This document shows positions 29,155 to 38,710 of a DNA stretch of 64,000 nt, piece by piece; the stretch's first letter is position 1, and each line of letters opens with the position of its first letter. Source of the stretch: an uncultured bacterium (GTDB taxonomy: Bacteria > Krumholzibacteriota > Krumholzibacteriia > LZORAL124-64-63); assembly GCA_963727525.1 (NCBI GenBank), contig CAVSGO010000007.1, positions 608,001 through 672,000 of the forward strand, read 5' to 3'. A program made the position numbers and the translations under genes. The notes below the pieces were generated by a model. The model was not told the DNA's origin. It saw nothing but the letters and a program-made list of their open reading frames with translations, and did no database searches.

Positions 29155-29289
29155 CTTGATTGCACGGCGGGTTGGCCGAATTCACTCCAGCGCTCCAGCG
29201 GCGAACTCCAAGTCGCAGCCGCGGGCCACGGAAGCCAGCCTGCAGCCATCGTGACAACACGACACGTCCAGATCCAGGAGGTTCTGACG

Positions 29290-29559
29290 ATGGCATTGAC
29301 CAAAGAGCAGAAAGACGGCGTGATCGCCAAGTATCGCAAGCACGACAGCGACTCCGGTTCGCCGGAGGTCCAGATCGCGCTGCTGACCGAACGCATCAAC
29401 ACGCTCTCCGCACACTTCAAGATGCACGCGAAGGATCACCACTCCCGTCGCGGCCTCCTGAAGATGGTGGGACAGCGCAAGCGTTTGCTCAACTACCTCA
29501 AGAAGAAGGACCTTGACGGTTATCGCGCCCTCATCAAGGACCTCGGCTTGCGGGGATGA
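29290..29559 (+). CDS. rpsO: 30S ribosomal protein S15
   Basis: [48 protein letters not shown]. Confidence 0.99.
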   Translation: MALTKEQKDGVIAKYRKHDSDSGSPEVQIALLTERINTLSAHFKMHAKDHHSRRGLLKMVGQRKRLLNYLKKKDLDGYRALIKDLGLRG

Positions 29560-29732
29560 TTTGCGGCATACCTGATGGATCCGGATGGGCTCCGGCACAC
29601 GATGAATACGTAGAGTAACCACGGTCGCGGCGACTCCGTTCGGCGCGACCGCTCCATATGCCCGTCGCCGGAGCCGGCCGCCATAGGGGTGGCCCGCGGA
29701 AAGCAGCGGTTGCGGAAGGAAGAAGAAGGAAG

Positions 29733-31928
29733 ATGGAAAAGCACGTTGTCAGCATGGAGATGAACGGGACGACCTACAGTCTCGAGACCGGTCGCATGGC
29801 CAAGCAGGCGAGCGGGTCATGTATCGTGCGGATGGGGGATACCATGTCCCTCGTGACCGTCACGGCGGATAAGGGACGCAGCAGCGCGGACTACCTGCCG
29901 CTGTTCGTGGAGTACCGCAACAAGACTTACGCGGCCGGCAAGATTCCCGGCGGGTTCTTCAAGCGCGAGGCGCGCCCGACGGAGCGCGAGACCCTCTCCG
30001 CCCGGCTCATCGATCGGCCGCTGCGCCCGCTCTTTCCCGATGGGTATCGCCACGAGACGCAGATCGTCGCCTTCATCGTCAGTGCCGATCCCGAATTCCA
30101 CGCCGACGTGCTGAGCATCACGGGCGCGTCGATGTCGCTGGCCCTGAGCGAGGTGCCGTTCACCGACATCGTGTCGGGTGTGCGTGTGGGGCGCGTGGAT
30201 GGGGAGTTCATCGTGAACCCCGGCTTCACACAGCTCGTGGATTCGGACATGGACCTCGTGGTCGCGGGCACCGATGACATCGTGTGCATGATCGAGGGCG
30301 GCTGCAAGGAAGTGAGCGAACAAGATCTGCTCGATGGCATCGAGTTCGGCCACACCTGGATCCAGAAGCTGAATGCCCTGCAGCGCGAGCTGCTGGCCAA
30401 GGCCGGCGGCAAGACCAAGTGGGAGATGTCCGAGGTCAAGGTGAACACCGAGCTGCTGAACAAGGTGGAGAGCCAGGTTGGCGTCGAGATGAAGGCGGCG
30501 ATCCGCATCCACGGCAAGCACGAGCGTTCCGAGGCCACCGCCGCCGTGGCCGCCAAGGTGAAGGCCGCGTTCACCGGCGCCGACGGCGAGCCCGATCCCG
30601 AGGCTGGCTCCATGGTCGGCAAGCTCGAGAAGAAGTACCTGCGCGACATGATCCTCGACGAGAAGGTGCGCGCCGACGGCCGTGACCTCACCACGGTGCG
30701 GCCCATCACCATCGAGTGCGGCGTGCTGCCGCGAGCGCACGGCTCGTGCCTGTTCACACGCGGCGAGACGCAGTCGCTGGGCGTGGCCACGTTCGGGTCG
30801 AAGCAGGCCGAGCAGCGCGTCGAGCCGCTGAACACGGAGCAGTACTGGAGCAAGTACTACCTGCACTATAATTTCCCGCCCTTCAGCGTGGGCGAGGTGG
30901 GCCGCTACAGCGGCACAGGCCGGCGCGAGATCGGTCACGGCAAGCTGGCCGAGCGCGCCATCCAGCCGCTGCTGCCCGACCTGGAGGACTTCCCGTACAC
31001 CGTGCGTCTGGTGTCGGACATCCTCGAGTCGAACGGCTCCAGCTCCATGGCGTCGGTGTGCTCGTGCAGCATGGCGCTGCTCGATGGGGGCTGCCCGCTG
31101 AAGAAGCACGTGGCCGGTATCGCCATGGGCCTGATCAAGGAAGGTGACCGCGTCGCCGTGCTCACCGACATCCTCGGCCTCGAGGACCACCTGGGCGACA
31201 TGGACTTCAAGGTCACGGGCACGATGGACGGCATCACGGCCTTCCAGCTCGACACCAAGATCGCCGGCATCAGTCGTGAGATCATGCAGAAGGCCCTGAA
31301 CGATGCGCGCGCCGCCCGCGAGCACATCCTGAAGCTGATGATCGAGGCGCTGCCGGAACGTCGCCTGGCGATGTCGCCTTACGCTCCCAAGATCACGACC
31401 CTGCAGATCCCGGTGAACAAGATCGGCGAGCTGATCGGCCCGGGAGGCAAGGTGATCAAGAAGATCCAGGAGCAGACCGGCGCCACCATCGAGGTGGACG
31501 ACGAGGGCAACGTCTTCGTGTCGGCGATCGACCAGGACAGCGGCCAGGCGGCCGTCGAATGGATCCGCGGCATGATGGCCGAGCCCGAGGTGGGCCGCAC
31601 CTATCGCGGCCGCGTGGTCTCGATCGTGGACTTCGGCGCCTTCGTGGAATACTTGCCGGGCAAGGAAGGGTTGCTGCACATCTCGGAGCTGGAGTACTTC
31701 CGCGTGGGCAACGTGGCCGACGTGCTGCACGAGGGCGAGGTCATCGACGTCAAGCTGGTCGAGGTCGACAGCCGGTCCGGCAAGGTGCGCCTGAGCCGCA
31801 AAGCGCTGCTACCCAAGCCCGAGGGTTACGTGGAACCGGAGCCGGGATCCGGCGACCGCGACCGTGGCGGCCGTAGCGGCGGCGGTCGTGGCGGCGATCG
31901 TGGCGGTCGCGGCGGACGGCGTCGCTAG
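29733..31928 (+). CDS. pnp: Polyribonucleotide nucleotidyltransferase
   Basis: AAGKIPGGFFKRE, RLIDRPLRPLF, FTRGETQ, HYNFPPFSVGE, ESNGSSSMAS, EDHLGDMDFKV; KH and S1 domains; RGG tail. Confidence 0.99.
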   Translation: MEKHVVSMEMNGTTYSLETGRMAKQASGSCIVRMGDTMSLVTVTADKGRSSADYLPLFVEYRNKTYAAGKIPGGFFKREARPTERETLSARLIDRPLRPLFPDGYRHETQIVAFIVSADPEFHADVLSITGASMSLALSEVPFTDIVSGVRVGRVDGEFIVNPGFTQLVDSDMDLVVAGTDDIVCMIEGGCKEVSEQDLLDGIEFGHTWIQKLNALQRELLAKAGGKTKWEMSEVKVNTELLNKVESQVGVEMKAAIRIHGKHERSEATAAVAAKVKAAFTGADGEPDPEAGSMVGKLEKKYLRDMILDEKVRADGRDLTTVRPITIECGVLPRAHGSCLFTRGETQSLGVATFGSKQAEQRVEPLNTEQYWSKYYLHYNFPPFSVGEVGRYSGTGRREIGHGKLAERAIQPLLPDLEDFPYTVRLVSDILESNGSSSMASVCSCSMALLDGGCPLKKHVAGIAMGLIKEGDRVAVLTDILGLEDHLGDMDFKVTGTMDGITAFQLDTKIAGISREIMQKALNDARAAREHILKLMIEALPERRLAMSPYAPKITTLQIPVNKIGELIGPGGKVIKKIQEQTGATIEVDDEGNVFVSAIDQDSGQAAVEWIRGMMAEPEVGRTYRGRVVSIVDFGAFVEYLPGKEGLLHISELEYFRVGNVADVLHEGEVIDVKLVEVDSRSGKVRLSRKALLPKPEGYVEPEPGSGDRDRGGRSGGGRGGDRGGRGGRRR

Positions 31929-31939
31929 GCCATGGTAGC

Positions 31940-33208
31940 GTGACCATGAATCTCTCTCGTTACCAGAACGAGCAACCGCCCCGCCGGCGCATTCTGCCCG
32001 GCGGGGCGGTCCTTCTCGAGGTGCCGATGCCCGGTGCGCACTCCGTGAGCTTCGGCATATGGCTGCGGCGCGGCAGCAGCGACGAGGCGGCCGACCGCAG
32101 CGGGCTATCGCATTTCCTCGAGCACATCGTCTTCAAGGGCTCGCAGTCGCGGTCGGCTTACGAGATCGCCGCGGCCTTCGACGCCCTCGGCGCCAGCGTC
32201 GACGCCTACACCACCAAGGACCACGTGGCCTTCAGCATCAAGGTGCTGCCGGAGTACTTCCCGGCGGCCGTGGTGGTGCTGGCCGATATGGTGCTTCGCC
32301 CGGCTCTCGACCCCGCCCAGATCGCCCTGGAGCAGGAGGTGGTGTGCGAGGAGATCCAGGAGGCGCGCGATACGCCCGAGGATCTCCTGCACGACGCCTT
32401 CGCGGCCCACGTGTACGGCGATCACCCGCGCGGCCGGCCGATCCTGGGCACGCCCGAGTCGGTGAACGCGCTGGACGCCGGGTTGCTGCGTACCGAGCAC
32501 GGGCGGCTGTTCAGTGGGGCTAACCTCATCCTCAGCCTGTCTGGCCGGCTGGAGCCCGGCTTCGCCGAGACCGTGGGGGAGGTCTTCACACCGGCCGGCG
32601 ACGACGCGCCGCCGCCGCGGGCCGCCGCGGATGCGCCGGCGTCGGGTTCGGTATCGTCGCGGCTCGAGCTGCACGGCCCGATCCTGCAGAGCTACTTCGA
32701 GATCGGCAACCGCGGCGTGGCCTATCTCGATGAGGACCGCGTGCCGGTCTTCTTGCTGAGTAATATTCTCGGCGGCGGCATGAGCAGCCGCATCTTCCAG
32801 GCCGTACGCGAGCGGGAGGGCCTGGCCTACACGATCTACACCTACAGCGACATGGGCCGCGACGTGGGGCTCGTGAGCTGCGCCGGTAGCTGCTCTCCCG
32901 GGAAGGAGGCGCGCCTGCACGATCTGGTGCGTTCCGAGTACGCCCGCTTCCTGCGCGACGGCGTCACTATCGATGAGCTGGCCGCGAATCAGGCGCAGAT
33001 CAAGTCGCAGCTCATCTTCTCCCTCGAGGGCGTCACGAATCAGATGGCGCGCGCGGCGAAGAACGAGAGCCTCTTCGGCCGCTGGGTGCCGCTGGTGGAG
33101 TTGGTGGCCCGTATCGACGCGGTCGACCGCGACACCATCGCGCGCTGCGCGGAGACGTACTTCCATCCTGATCGATTGGTGATCGCGACGCACGGGCCGG
33201 CGCGGTAG
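31940..33208 (+). CDS. M16 (pitrilysin/insulinase-like) zinc peptidase
   Basis: Inverted zinc motif HFLEH, LGGGMSSRIFQAVREREGLAY; usual position after pnp. Confidence 0.93.
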   Translation: MTMNLSRYQNEQPPRRRILPGGAVLLEVPMPGAHSVSFGIWLRRGSSDEAADRSGLSHFLEHIVFKGSQSRSAYEIAAAFDALGASVDAYTTKDHVAFSIKVLPEYFPAAVVVLADMVLRPALDPAQIALEQEVVCEEIQEARDTPEDLLHDAFAAHVYGDHPRGRPILGTPESVNALDAGLLRTEHGRLFSGANLILSLSGRLEPGFAETVGEVFTPAGDDAPPPRAAADAPASGSVSSRLELHGPILQSYFEIGNRGVAYLDEDRVPVFLLSNILGGGMSSRIFQAVREREGLAYTIYTYSDMGRDVGLVSCAGSCSPGKEARLHDLVRSEYARFLRDGVTIDELAANQAQIKSQLIFSLEGVTNQMARAAKNESLFGRWVPLVELVARIDAVDRDTIARCAETYFHPDRLVIATHGPAR

Positions 33209-33280
33209 GGAGCAAGCGCGTCTGCAGCAGGTCGCGCGGGAATGGGCTGGAGCTGCGCGACGGCGCTTTTCGCGGATGGG

Positions 33281-34438
33281 CTACAGCGCCAGCTTGTACC
33301 CCTGCCCGCTCTTTTCCAGTGCATACCGCCAGCCGAGTCGGTCGACGGTCGTCTGGGTGGCGGGGGCCAGCTCGCCGTCGTGGACGAGGTTCTGCAGGTC
33401 GTCGGGGAAATTTCCATGCTGGTAATGGAAGAGGACGGCGGCCTCGATGACCTCGGCCCGGACCTGGCGCAGGCGGAGGTCGCGGCAGGCTTGCTGGTTG
33501 GCGTCGAGGTAGGATATGGGCACGGCGTTGGCCGACGCCTGGAGTGGGGCGACGGGCGCGGCCAGACCGATCACTGCGCTCTCGCCGAAGACCATGGGCA
33601 GCCAGCGGAATGCGCCGACGCCCAGGACGCCGACCACCACGAGTGCGGTCACCAGCGGGTTCTTCAGGTGGCGGGCGCGGCGCTCGCGGCGTTTGCGCAA
33701 CGGATCGTCCTCGCCGGCGGTGATCTCGTCCTCCGGCTGACACACTTCGATCCAGCCCTCGTCCAGGAAGGTCTTCAGCGTCTCGCGCGTGGTGAAGCTG
33801 TCGACGCGGGCGTGACGCACGATGCGCCCGAGGGGGCGGCCGCTCAGTGCCAGCTTGTAGATGCGCGCGGCGGTGAGGGAGAGAGCGTCGTCGGCCGGCG
33901 CCGTGCGGCCGTTGCGGAACGAGATGAGGGCCGAATCGAGGATCTGCCGGAGCTGCGTCTCCTCGTCGAGGCGGCGTGCGGCTTCCATGAGTAGACTCTG
34001 CACGTCCACCTGGATGCGGCCGCGCACGCCCGGCGGCGTGTCCTTGGTGGCGGTGAAGTGGTAGCGGCCGCGGCGCAGCTTCATGCCGCGGTGGGCCATC
34101 TCCACGGCCACGGACTTGAGGACCTGGATGAGCTGCGCGTCGTCCATGAGCTGCTCGGAGATGAGGATCTCCGTGAGGTCGAGTGAGCTGTTCTTGCGCA
34201 CGAAACCGATGTGCGTCCACTTCTCATCGTTGAAGAAGCCGTAGTTGCGCAGGTAGACCTCGAGCGGATCGGGCGCCTCGCTGCGGCGGTCGCGCGTGGA
34301 GATGAGGATTCCCTTGTCGAAGATGAATACCATCTCGCGCTGGCCTTCCAGGATGAGGAAGCCCGATTTCTGCTGGCTCGCGATGAGCTGCAGGATCTCC
34401 GCGAGATTGAAGTCTTTGAGCTGGCCTTCGAGAGCCAT
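33281..34438 (-). CDS. DUF4388 (PATAN-like) domain membrane protein with pilin/GspG-like periplasmic tail
   Basis: MALEGQLKDFNLAEILQLIASQQKSGFL...QSLLMEAARRLDE; one TM; C-terminal FHYQHGNFPDDLQNLV..WRY. Confidence 0.78.
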   Translation of the reverse strand: MALEGQLKDFNLAEILQLIASQQKSGFLILEGQREMVFIFDKGILISTRDRRSEAPDPLEVYLRNYGFFNDEKWTHIGFVRKNSSLDLTEILISEQLMDDAQLIQVLKSVAVEMAHRGMKLRRGRYHFTATKDTPPGVRGRIQVDVQSLLMEAARRLDEETQLRQILDSALISFRNGRTAPADDALSLTAARIYKLALSGRPLGRIVRHARVDSFTTRETLKTFLDEGWIEVCQPEDEITAGEDDPLRKRRERRARHLKNPLVTALVVVGVLGVGAFRWLPMVFGESAVIGLAAPVAPLQASANAVPISYLDANQQACRDLRLRQVRAEVIEAAVLFHYQHGNFPDDLQNLVHDGELAPATQTTVDRLGWRYALEKSGQGYKLAL

Positions 34439-34478
34439 CGATGTCCTCCTGCGCGCGACGAGTCGCTACGCGACGTTT

Positions 34479-36551
34479 CTATGGGCGGCCCGGTCCGGGC
34501 GCCGTGTCTGTCGTCAATCCCTGGATCAGACGCTCGGGTAGCCGCTGGCGCAGATGCACGGCGTCGATGAGGCCGCCCAGCGCGACCAGTGCCAGCAGCG
34601 CCACACCGATACCCACCGGCCACAGCGCGAGGCCGGGCCAGCCGGCTATGGGCAGCGGCAACCACGTGGGGTGGATCGTTTCCTCGGCCAGCACCAGACC
34701 CGGCGTCTGCCAGGCGGCGGCTGGGTCGAGCGTCCAGGCGAAGCCGGCCAGGTACAAACCGCACGCCACCGTGAAGATGCGCACGACGGCCTTGCCCGTC
34801 TCGCCCAGGGCGAGGTAGCCGGCCCCAGGTACGAAGCGCGCGAGCCGGCACAGGCTGGCCGAGCGCGCCAGACCGGCGGCGCGGCTGCGGTTCTTCAGCA
34901 GAGTGGCCAGCACCATCTCGCTGCGGGCCCGATTCGCGGTCTCGCCGCAGGCATGGCAGAGCCAGGCGCCCTCGCGGTCGAGGCAGCAGTCGCGGCAGAT
35001 TTCGACGCCGCAGTTATCGCAATTGCGGGTCTCTTCCTGGTTGCTCCACCAGAACGTGAGCAGCAGGGCGACCACCAGCAGACCACCGAGCATGAGGAAC
35101 GGCGGCAGCGGCGGGGCGCCGAGGAACGCGTTCCACGCGGCGAGGTCGGCGAGCGGCGGATAGTGCGCGGCTTCTGCGTGGGCCGACGCGCGTAGCTGCG
35201 TGCGTTCGAGCCCCAGGTACACGACCGGAGAGAAGTTGTGGCTGCCTGTGGCTTCCCACACCGGCGGTTCGAAACCGAGATCGCGCGCGTCTTGCAGCGC
35301 CTGACCAGCCTCGGGCACGAAGAGCTTCTTGAAGTACACCTGGGCGAGGTTGTAAGGGATCTCCCCGCGCGTGGGCGCGAGGTCGCGCGCGCGGCGGAAG
35401 TCGCCGACAGCGTCGTCATACCGGCTCTGGAAGTAGGCGTTGTTGGCCAGGCCCACGATGGCCGGCACGAGGTCGGGCTGCTGGCCGAGGGCCTCGCGGT
35501 AGAGGTCGCTGCTGTCGGTGAAGCGTCCGCGCCGTGCTTCCTGGATGGCCAGGGCCGTCTGCAGACGCGCGCGCCGCGCCGGTTGCTCGGCGTCGGCCAG
35601 GCGTTCGCGCAGATCGGCGATGAGGGCGGGATCTGCCGGCAGCGTACTGGCGCGGCCGAGCAGTACCGTCTCGCTGCCGGGGTCGAGCGTGACCACGGCC
35701 TCGCGCAGCGGCGGCCAGTTGGGGAACACGAGCACCATGGTGGCGAGCCAGGCGCCCAGCAGCAGCGAACGGTTGCGACCGCGGGCCTGGATCATCAGCG
35801 GGATCGACAGCAGGGCCAGGCCGCCGAGCACGCCTGGCCGCGCCAGCACCACCGCGACCACCACGAATAGCGGCGTCCAGGTGGCGAAGCCGCGGCGGTG
35901 GTCGCGAAGGTTGATCGCCGCGAGATCATGGGCGATGTAGCGCCAGTAGACGGCAAGGTACGCACCCACCACGACGGCCCAGAACAGCGTCACGAAGACG
36001 AGCAGGCCTTGGTGGGCGAGCATGAGCAGGCGCGGGCTGGCCAGCGGTTCGTTCCACGCCGTGAGCACCGACTTGGGCAAGGCCCAGATCAGTCCGGCCG
36101 GATCGATGCGCTCGAGGGCCTGTGCCACCTGCCACCAGCGCACACGCGCCCGGTCGGCCCCGGACGCCACCGCCTCGTTGAGCAGGTGCTCGGCCTGGTT
36201 GAAGTCGCCCGACTCGGCGGCGCGGCGGGCCTGGAGGAAACGCAATTCCGCGGCCACCGGGTCGTCGAAGCGCGGCGGCGATTGCGGCGGCCGGGATCGT
36301 GGCAGCGATGTGGCCTCGATGTCCGGCAGCAGCGTGCGGCTGATACCGAGATTGGCCGAGGCGGCCTCCTCGGGGGAGGGCGGCACCACATGGGGCAGCG
36401 TGTCCAGCGGCGCCTCGATCGCGATCCCCATGGCCGGAATACCGACGATGAGTCCCAGCGTGACCGTCATCAACATGAAGCCGTAGCGCGAGTTGCGACG
36501 GCCGCAGGTGGCGGTTCCGGAGGCCTGTGATCTGTGTTTTTGCGTCTTCAT
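34479..36551 (-). CDS. Polytopic membrane protein with TPR repeats and Cys-rich zinc-binding segment
   Basis: TPR-like helices (YREALGQQPD..AIVGLANNAY, YNLAQVY), several TM segments, CDNC..ICRDCC..LCHAC. Start uncertain (36551 or 36476). Confidence 0.75.
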   Translation of the reverse strand: MKTQKHRSQASGTATCGRRNSRYGFMLMTVTLGLIVGIPAMGIAIEAPLDTLPHVVPPSPEEAASANLGISRTLLPDIEATSLPRSRPPQSPPRFDDPVAAELRFLQARRAAESGDFNQAEHLLNEAVASGADRARVRWWQVAQALERIDPAGLIWALPKSVLTAWNEPLASPRLLMLAHQGLLVFVTLFWAVVVGAYLAVYWRYIAHDLAAINLRDHRRGFATWTPLFVVVAVVLARPGVLGGLALLSIPLMIQARGRNRSLLLGAWLATMVLVFPNWPPLREAVVTLDPGSETVLLGRASTLPADPALIADLRERLADAEQPARRARLQTALAIQEARRGRFTDSSDLYREALGQQPDLVPAIVGLANNAYFQSRYDDAVGDFRRARDLAPTRGEIPYNLAQVYFKKLFVPEAGQALQDARDLGFEPPVWEATGSHNFSPVVYLGLERTQLRASAHAEAAHYPPLADLAAWNAFLGAPPLPPFLMLGGLLVVALLLTFWWSNQEETRNCDNCGVEICRDCCLDREGAWLCHACGETANRARSEMVLATLLKNRSRAAGLARSASLCRLARFVPGAGYLALGETGKAVVRIFTVACGLYLAGFAWTLDPAAAWQTPGLVLAEETIHPTWLPLPIAGWPGLALWPVGIGVALLALVALGGLIDAVHLRQRLPERLIQGLTTDTAPGPGRP

Positions 36552-36762
36552 TCCAGGTTGCAAATCCCGGGAGTGGATACGACAATGACCGCGGTCCGTG
36601 CGGCGGCGCCCACTTCGGGGTTCCGGCGGACCGGGAGGTGGCGAAATGCCACATCCTTTCCCTGCGGGTCGCATGTATCAATGACCGTGCCGACCGTCGC
36701 CCGAACCGTCCGGTTCTTTCTCCGGCTTCCTTGACGCGGCGTGGACGGTCCCGGGCTCGAGG

Positions 36763-36778
36763 TGCAAGTGGCGTACCG
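36763..36778 (-). promoter_or_regulatory. Putative sigma54 (-24/-12) promoter for the TPR-DUF4388 operon
   Basis: Minus strand reads CGGTACGCCACTTGCA versus consensus TGGCACG-N4-TTGCW, with GG-N10-GC spacing. Confidence 0.45.
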
Positions 36779-36907
36779 TCATCAGGTTGGCAAGGATGCC
36801 CGGAAGCGGCCATTCGCGAGGGTACGGCCGCGCGGCGGACCGACCGCGGGTGCGGCCACGGCGCCGGCCGTGCAAATATCCCGCTTCGGCTCCCAAGAGG
36901 CGCATTC

Positions 36908-38689
36908 GTGAAGGTGCTGGTGCGTGCATCGCGTGATCTCTGGATCCGCGCGGTTCTGGTGGTCCTGGCCGGACTCTGTGGCCTGGCCGGGCTCCTCATC
37001 GAGATCGGTGCGCGGTCGGCCTTGCAGCGGGGGCGGATGGTCGAGGCGCTCTTCGCCGCGGCCGTGGTGTTGTTTCTCGCCGAGCAGGGCTACGCGGCCC
37101 GGCTGGCGCCCAACTGGCGCACCTTCGTGCGCGCGCGCTGGCCGGGGCTCATCCTCACGGTCTTGCTGATCCTGCAGGTGGCGGTGGTGGCTCTCGCCAG
37201 CGACGCGCACTGGCTGTCGCGTCTCACCGCCGCCGTGCACGTGCGCTCGCTCACCCAGCTCTACCTGGTCCTCGCGCAGTGCTACGTGCTCGCGTTGTTC
37301 GCGGTGAACCTGCCGCGGTTGCACACGCGCTTCGCGTCGCTGCGCCTGCGGCCGGGCCTGGCGTTCCTGCTGGTGTTCGCCCTGCTCATCTTCATGGGGA
37401 CCGGTATGCTCTGCCTGCCGCGTGCCACCCCGCTCGATGCTCCCATCAGCTTTCTCGACGCGCTGTTCACGTCCACGAGCGCCGTGTGCGTGACGGGGCT
37501 CATCGTGCGCGACACGGGCAGCATGTTCACGCCCCTTGGGCAGACGGTGATCCTCGTGCTTATCCAGCTCGGCGGCCTCGGCATCATGTCGCTCACCGCA
37601 GCGCTGAGCCAGCTTCTGGGCCAGGGCATCGGCATCCGCGAGAGCAGCTTCATGCGCGAGATCTTCCAGGTGCCGGTGCTGCACGAGGTGGGCAAGCTGC
37701 TGCGCTTCATCGTACTGTGGACGCTGCTGGCCGAGAGCGTGGGTGCCCTCGTGCTCTATGCCGCGCTGGCACCGGTGGTGCCGGACCCGCGGTCACGCCT
37801 GTTCTGCGCCGTGTTCCACTCGATTTCCGCCTTCTGCAACGCGGGCTTCAGCACTTTCAGCGACTCGCTCGAGGGGCTCGCCGGCAACACTCCGGTGATC
37901 GCCACCATCTCCGCGCTGCTCATCGTCGGGGGCCTGGGCTTCACCGTGGTGCTGAACCTGTTCGTCTGGCTGCGCGCGCGACGCCGCCGCTGGAAAGGGC
38001 GCGGAAGTCCGGCCAAGGTGCGCCTCACACTTCAGACACGTGTCATGCTCGTGGGCACCGTCGGCCTGCTCGCCGTGGGCACCGCGGCGCTCTTGCTGCT
38101 GGAATGGCGCGGCGCCTTCGCGGGCGTGCCATGGCCGCAGCGGCTGGGGCTGGCGTTCTTCCAGTCCGCCACGTGCCGCACGGCGGGGTTCAATAGCGTG
38201 AGCCTGTCATCGCTTTCGCCGCCATCGCTGTTCATGATGATCGTGCTGATGTTCATCGGGGCCGGCCCCGGTTCCACGGCGGGCGGCGTGAAGATCACCA
38301 CGCTGGCCGTGGTGTGGGCGGAGCTGCGCTCGATCGCCGGCAGCCTGAATCAGGTGCGCCTGGGCGACCGCGAGATCGGCAACCTCGCGCTGCAACGCGC
38401 GACGGTCGTGGTGGCGTCGGGCGCGGTGATCGCGGCGCTGGGCACGTTCGTCTTGCTGGTCACCGAGGGCGACGATCTGCTGACGGTGGCCTTCGAGGTG
38501 ATCTCGGCCATGGGCACGGTGGGCCTGAGCCTGGGGCTCACCATGCTGCTCTCGCCGTTCGGCCGCGTGATCATCATCCTGCTGATGTTCATCGGCCGGC
38601 TCGGCATACTCACCTTCGCCTACGGTTTCGTCGGCCAGAGCCGCGACCGGGACGTGCGGTTCCCCACGGGGAATCTGATGATCGGCTGA
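36908..38689 (+). CDS. trkH: TrkH/KtrB potassium uptake membrane subunit with extra N-terminal TM region
   Basis: FTSTSAVCVTGL, IQLGGLG, FHSISAFCNAGFS, RTAGFN, FIGAGPGSTAGGVK, SAMGTVGLS, MFIGRLG. GTG start at 36908 inferred. Confidence 0.93.
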   Translation: MKVLVRASRDLWIRAVLVVLAGLCGLAGLLIEIGARSALQRGRMVEALFAAAVVLFLAEQGYAARLAPNWRTFVRARWPGLILTVLLILQVAVVALASDAHWLSRLTAAVHVRSLTQLYLVLAQCYVLALFAVNLPRLHTRFASLRLRPGLAFLLVFALLIFMGTGMLCLPRATPLDAPISFLDALFTSTSAVCVTGLIVRDTGSMFTPLGQTVILVLIQLGGLGIMSLTAALSQLLGQGIGIRESSFMREIFQVPVLHEVGKLLRFIVLWTLLAESVGALVLYAALAPVVPDPRSRLFCAVFHSISAFCNAGFSTFSDSLEGLAGNTPVIATISALLIVGGLGFTVVLNLFVWLRARRRRWKGRGSPAKVRLTLQTRVMLVGTVGLLAVGTAALLLLEWRGAFAGVPWPQRLGLAFFQSATCRTAGFNSVSLSSLSPPSLFMMIVLMFIGAGPGSTAGGVKITTLAVVWAELRSIAGSLNQVRLGDREIGNLALQRATVVVASGAVIAALGTFVLLVTEGDDLLTVAFEVISAMGTVGLSLGLTMLLSPFGRVIIILLMFIGRLGILTFAYGFVGQSRDRDVRFPTGNLMIG

Positions 38690-38710
38690 CGCCGCGGGAG
38701 GTTGGATCGC

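Noticed and set aside
31840-31928. RGG-rich tail of PNPase as a novel feature
   Set aside because: Such disordered tails are common on bacterial PNPases.
33242-33994. 250-aa plus-strand ORF
   Set aside because: Antisense shadow of the DUF4388 gene, which has the recognisable domain and an RBS.
36552-36907. c-di-AMP (ydaO) riboswitch before trkH
   Set aside because: No GCTGAA / GGAAC..GGGG / CAGCTAAC consensus found.
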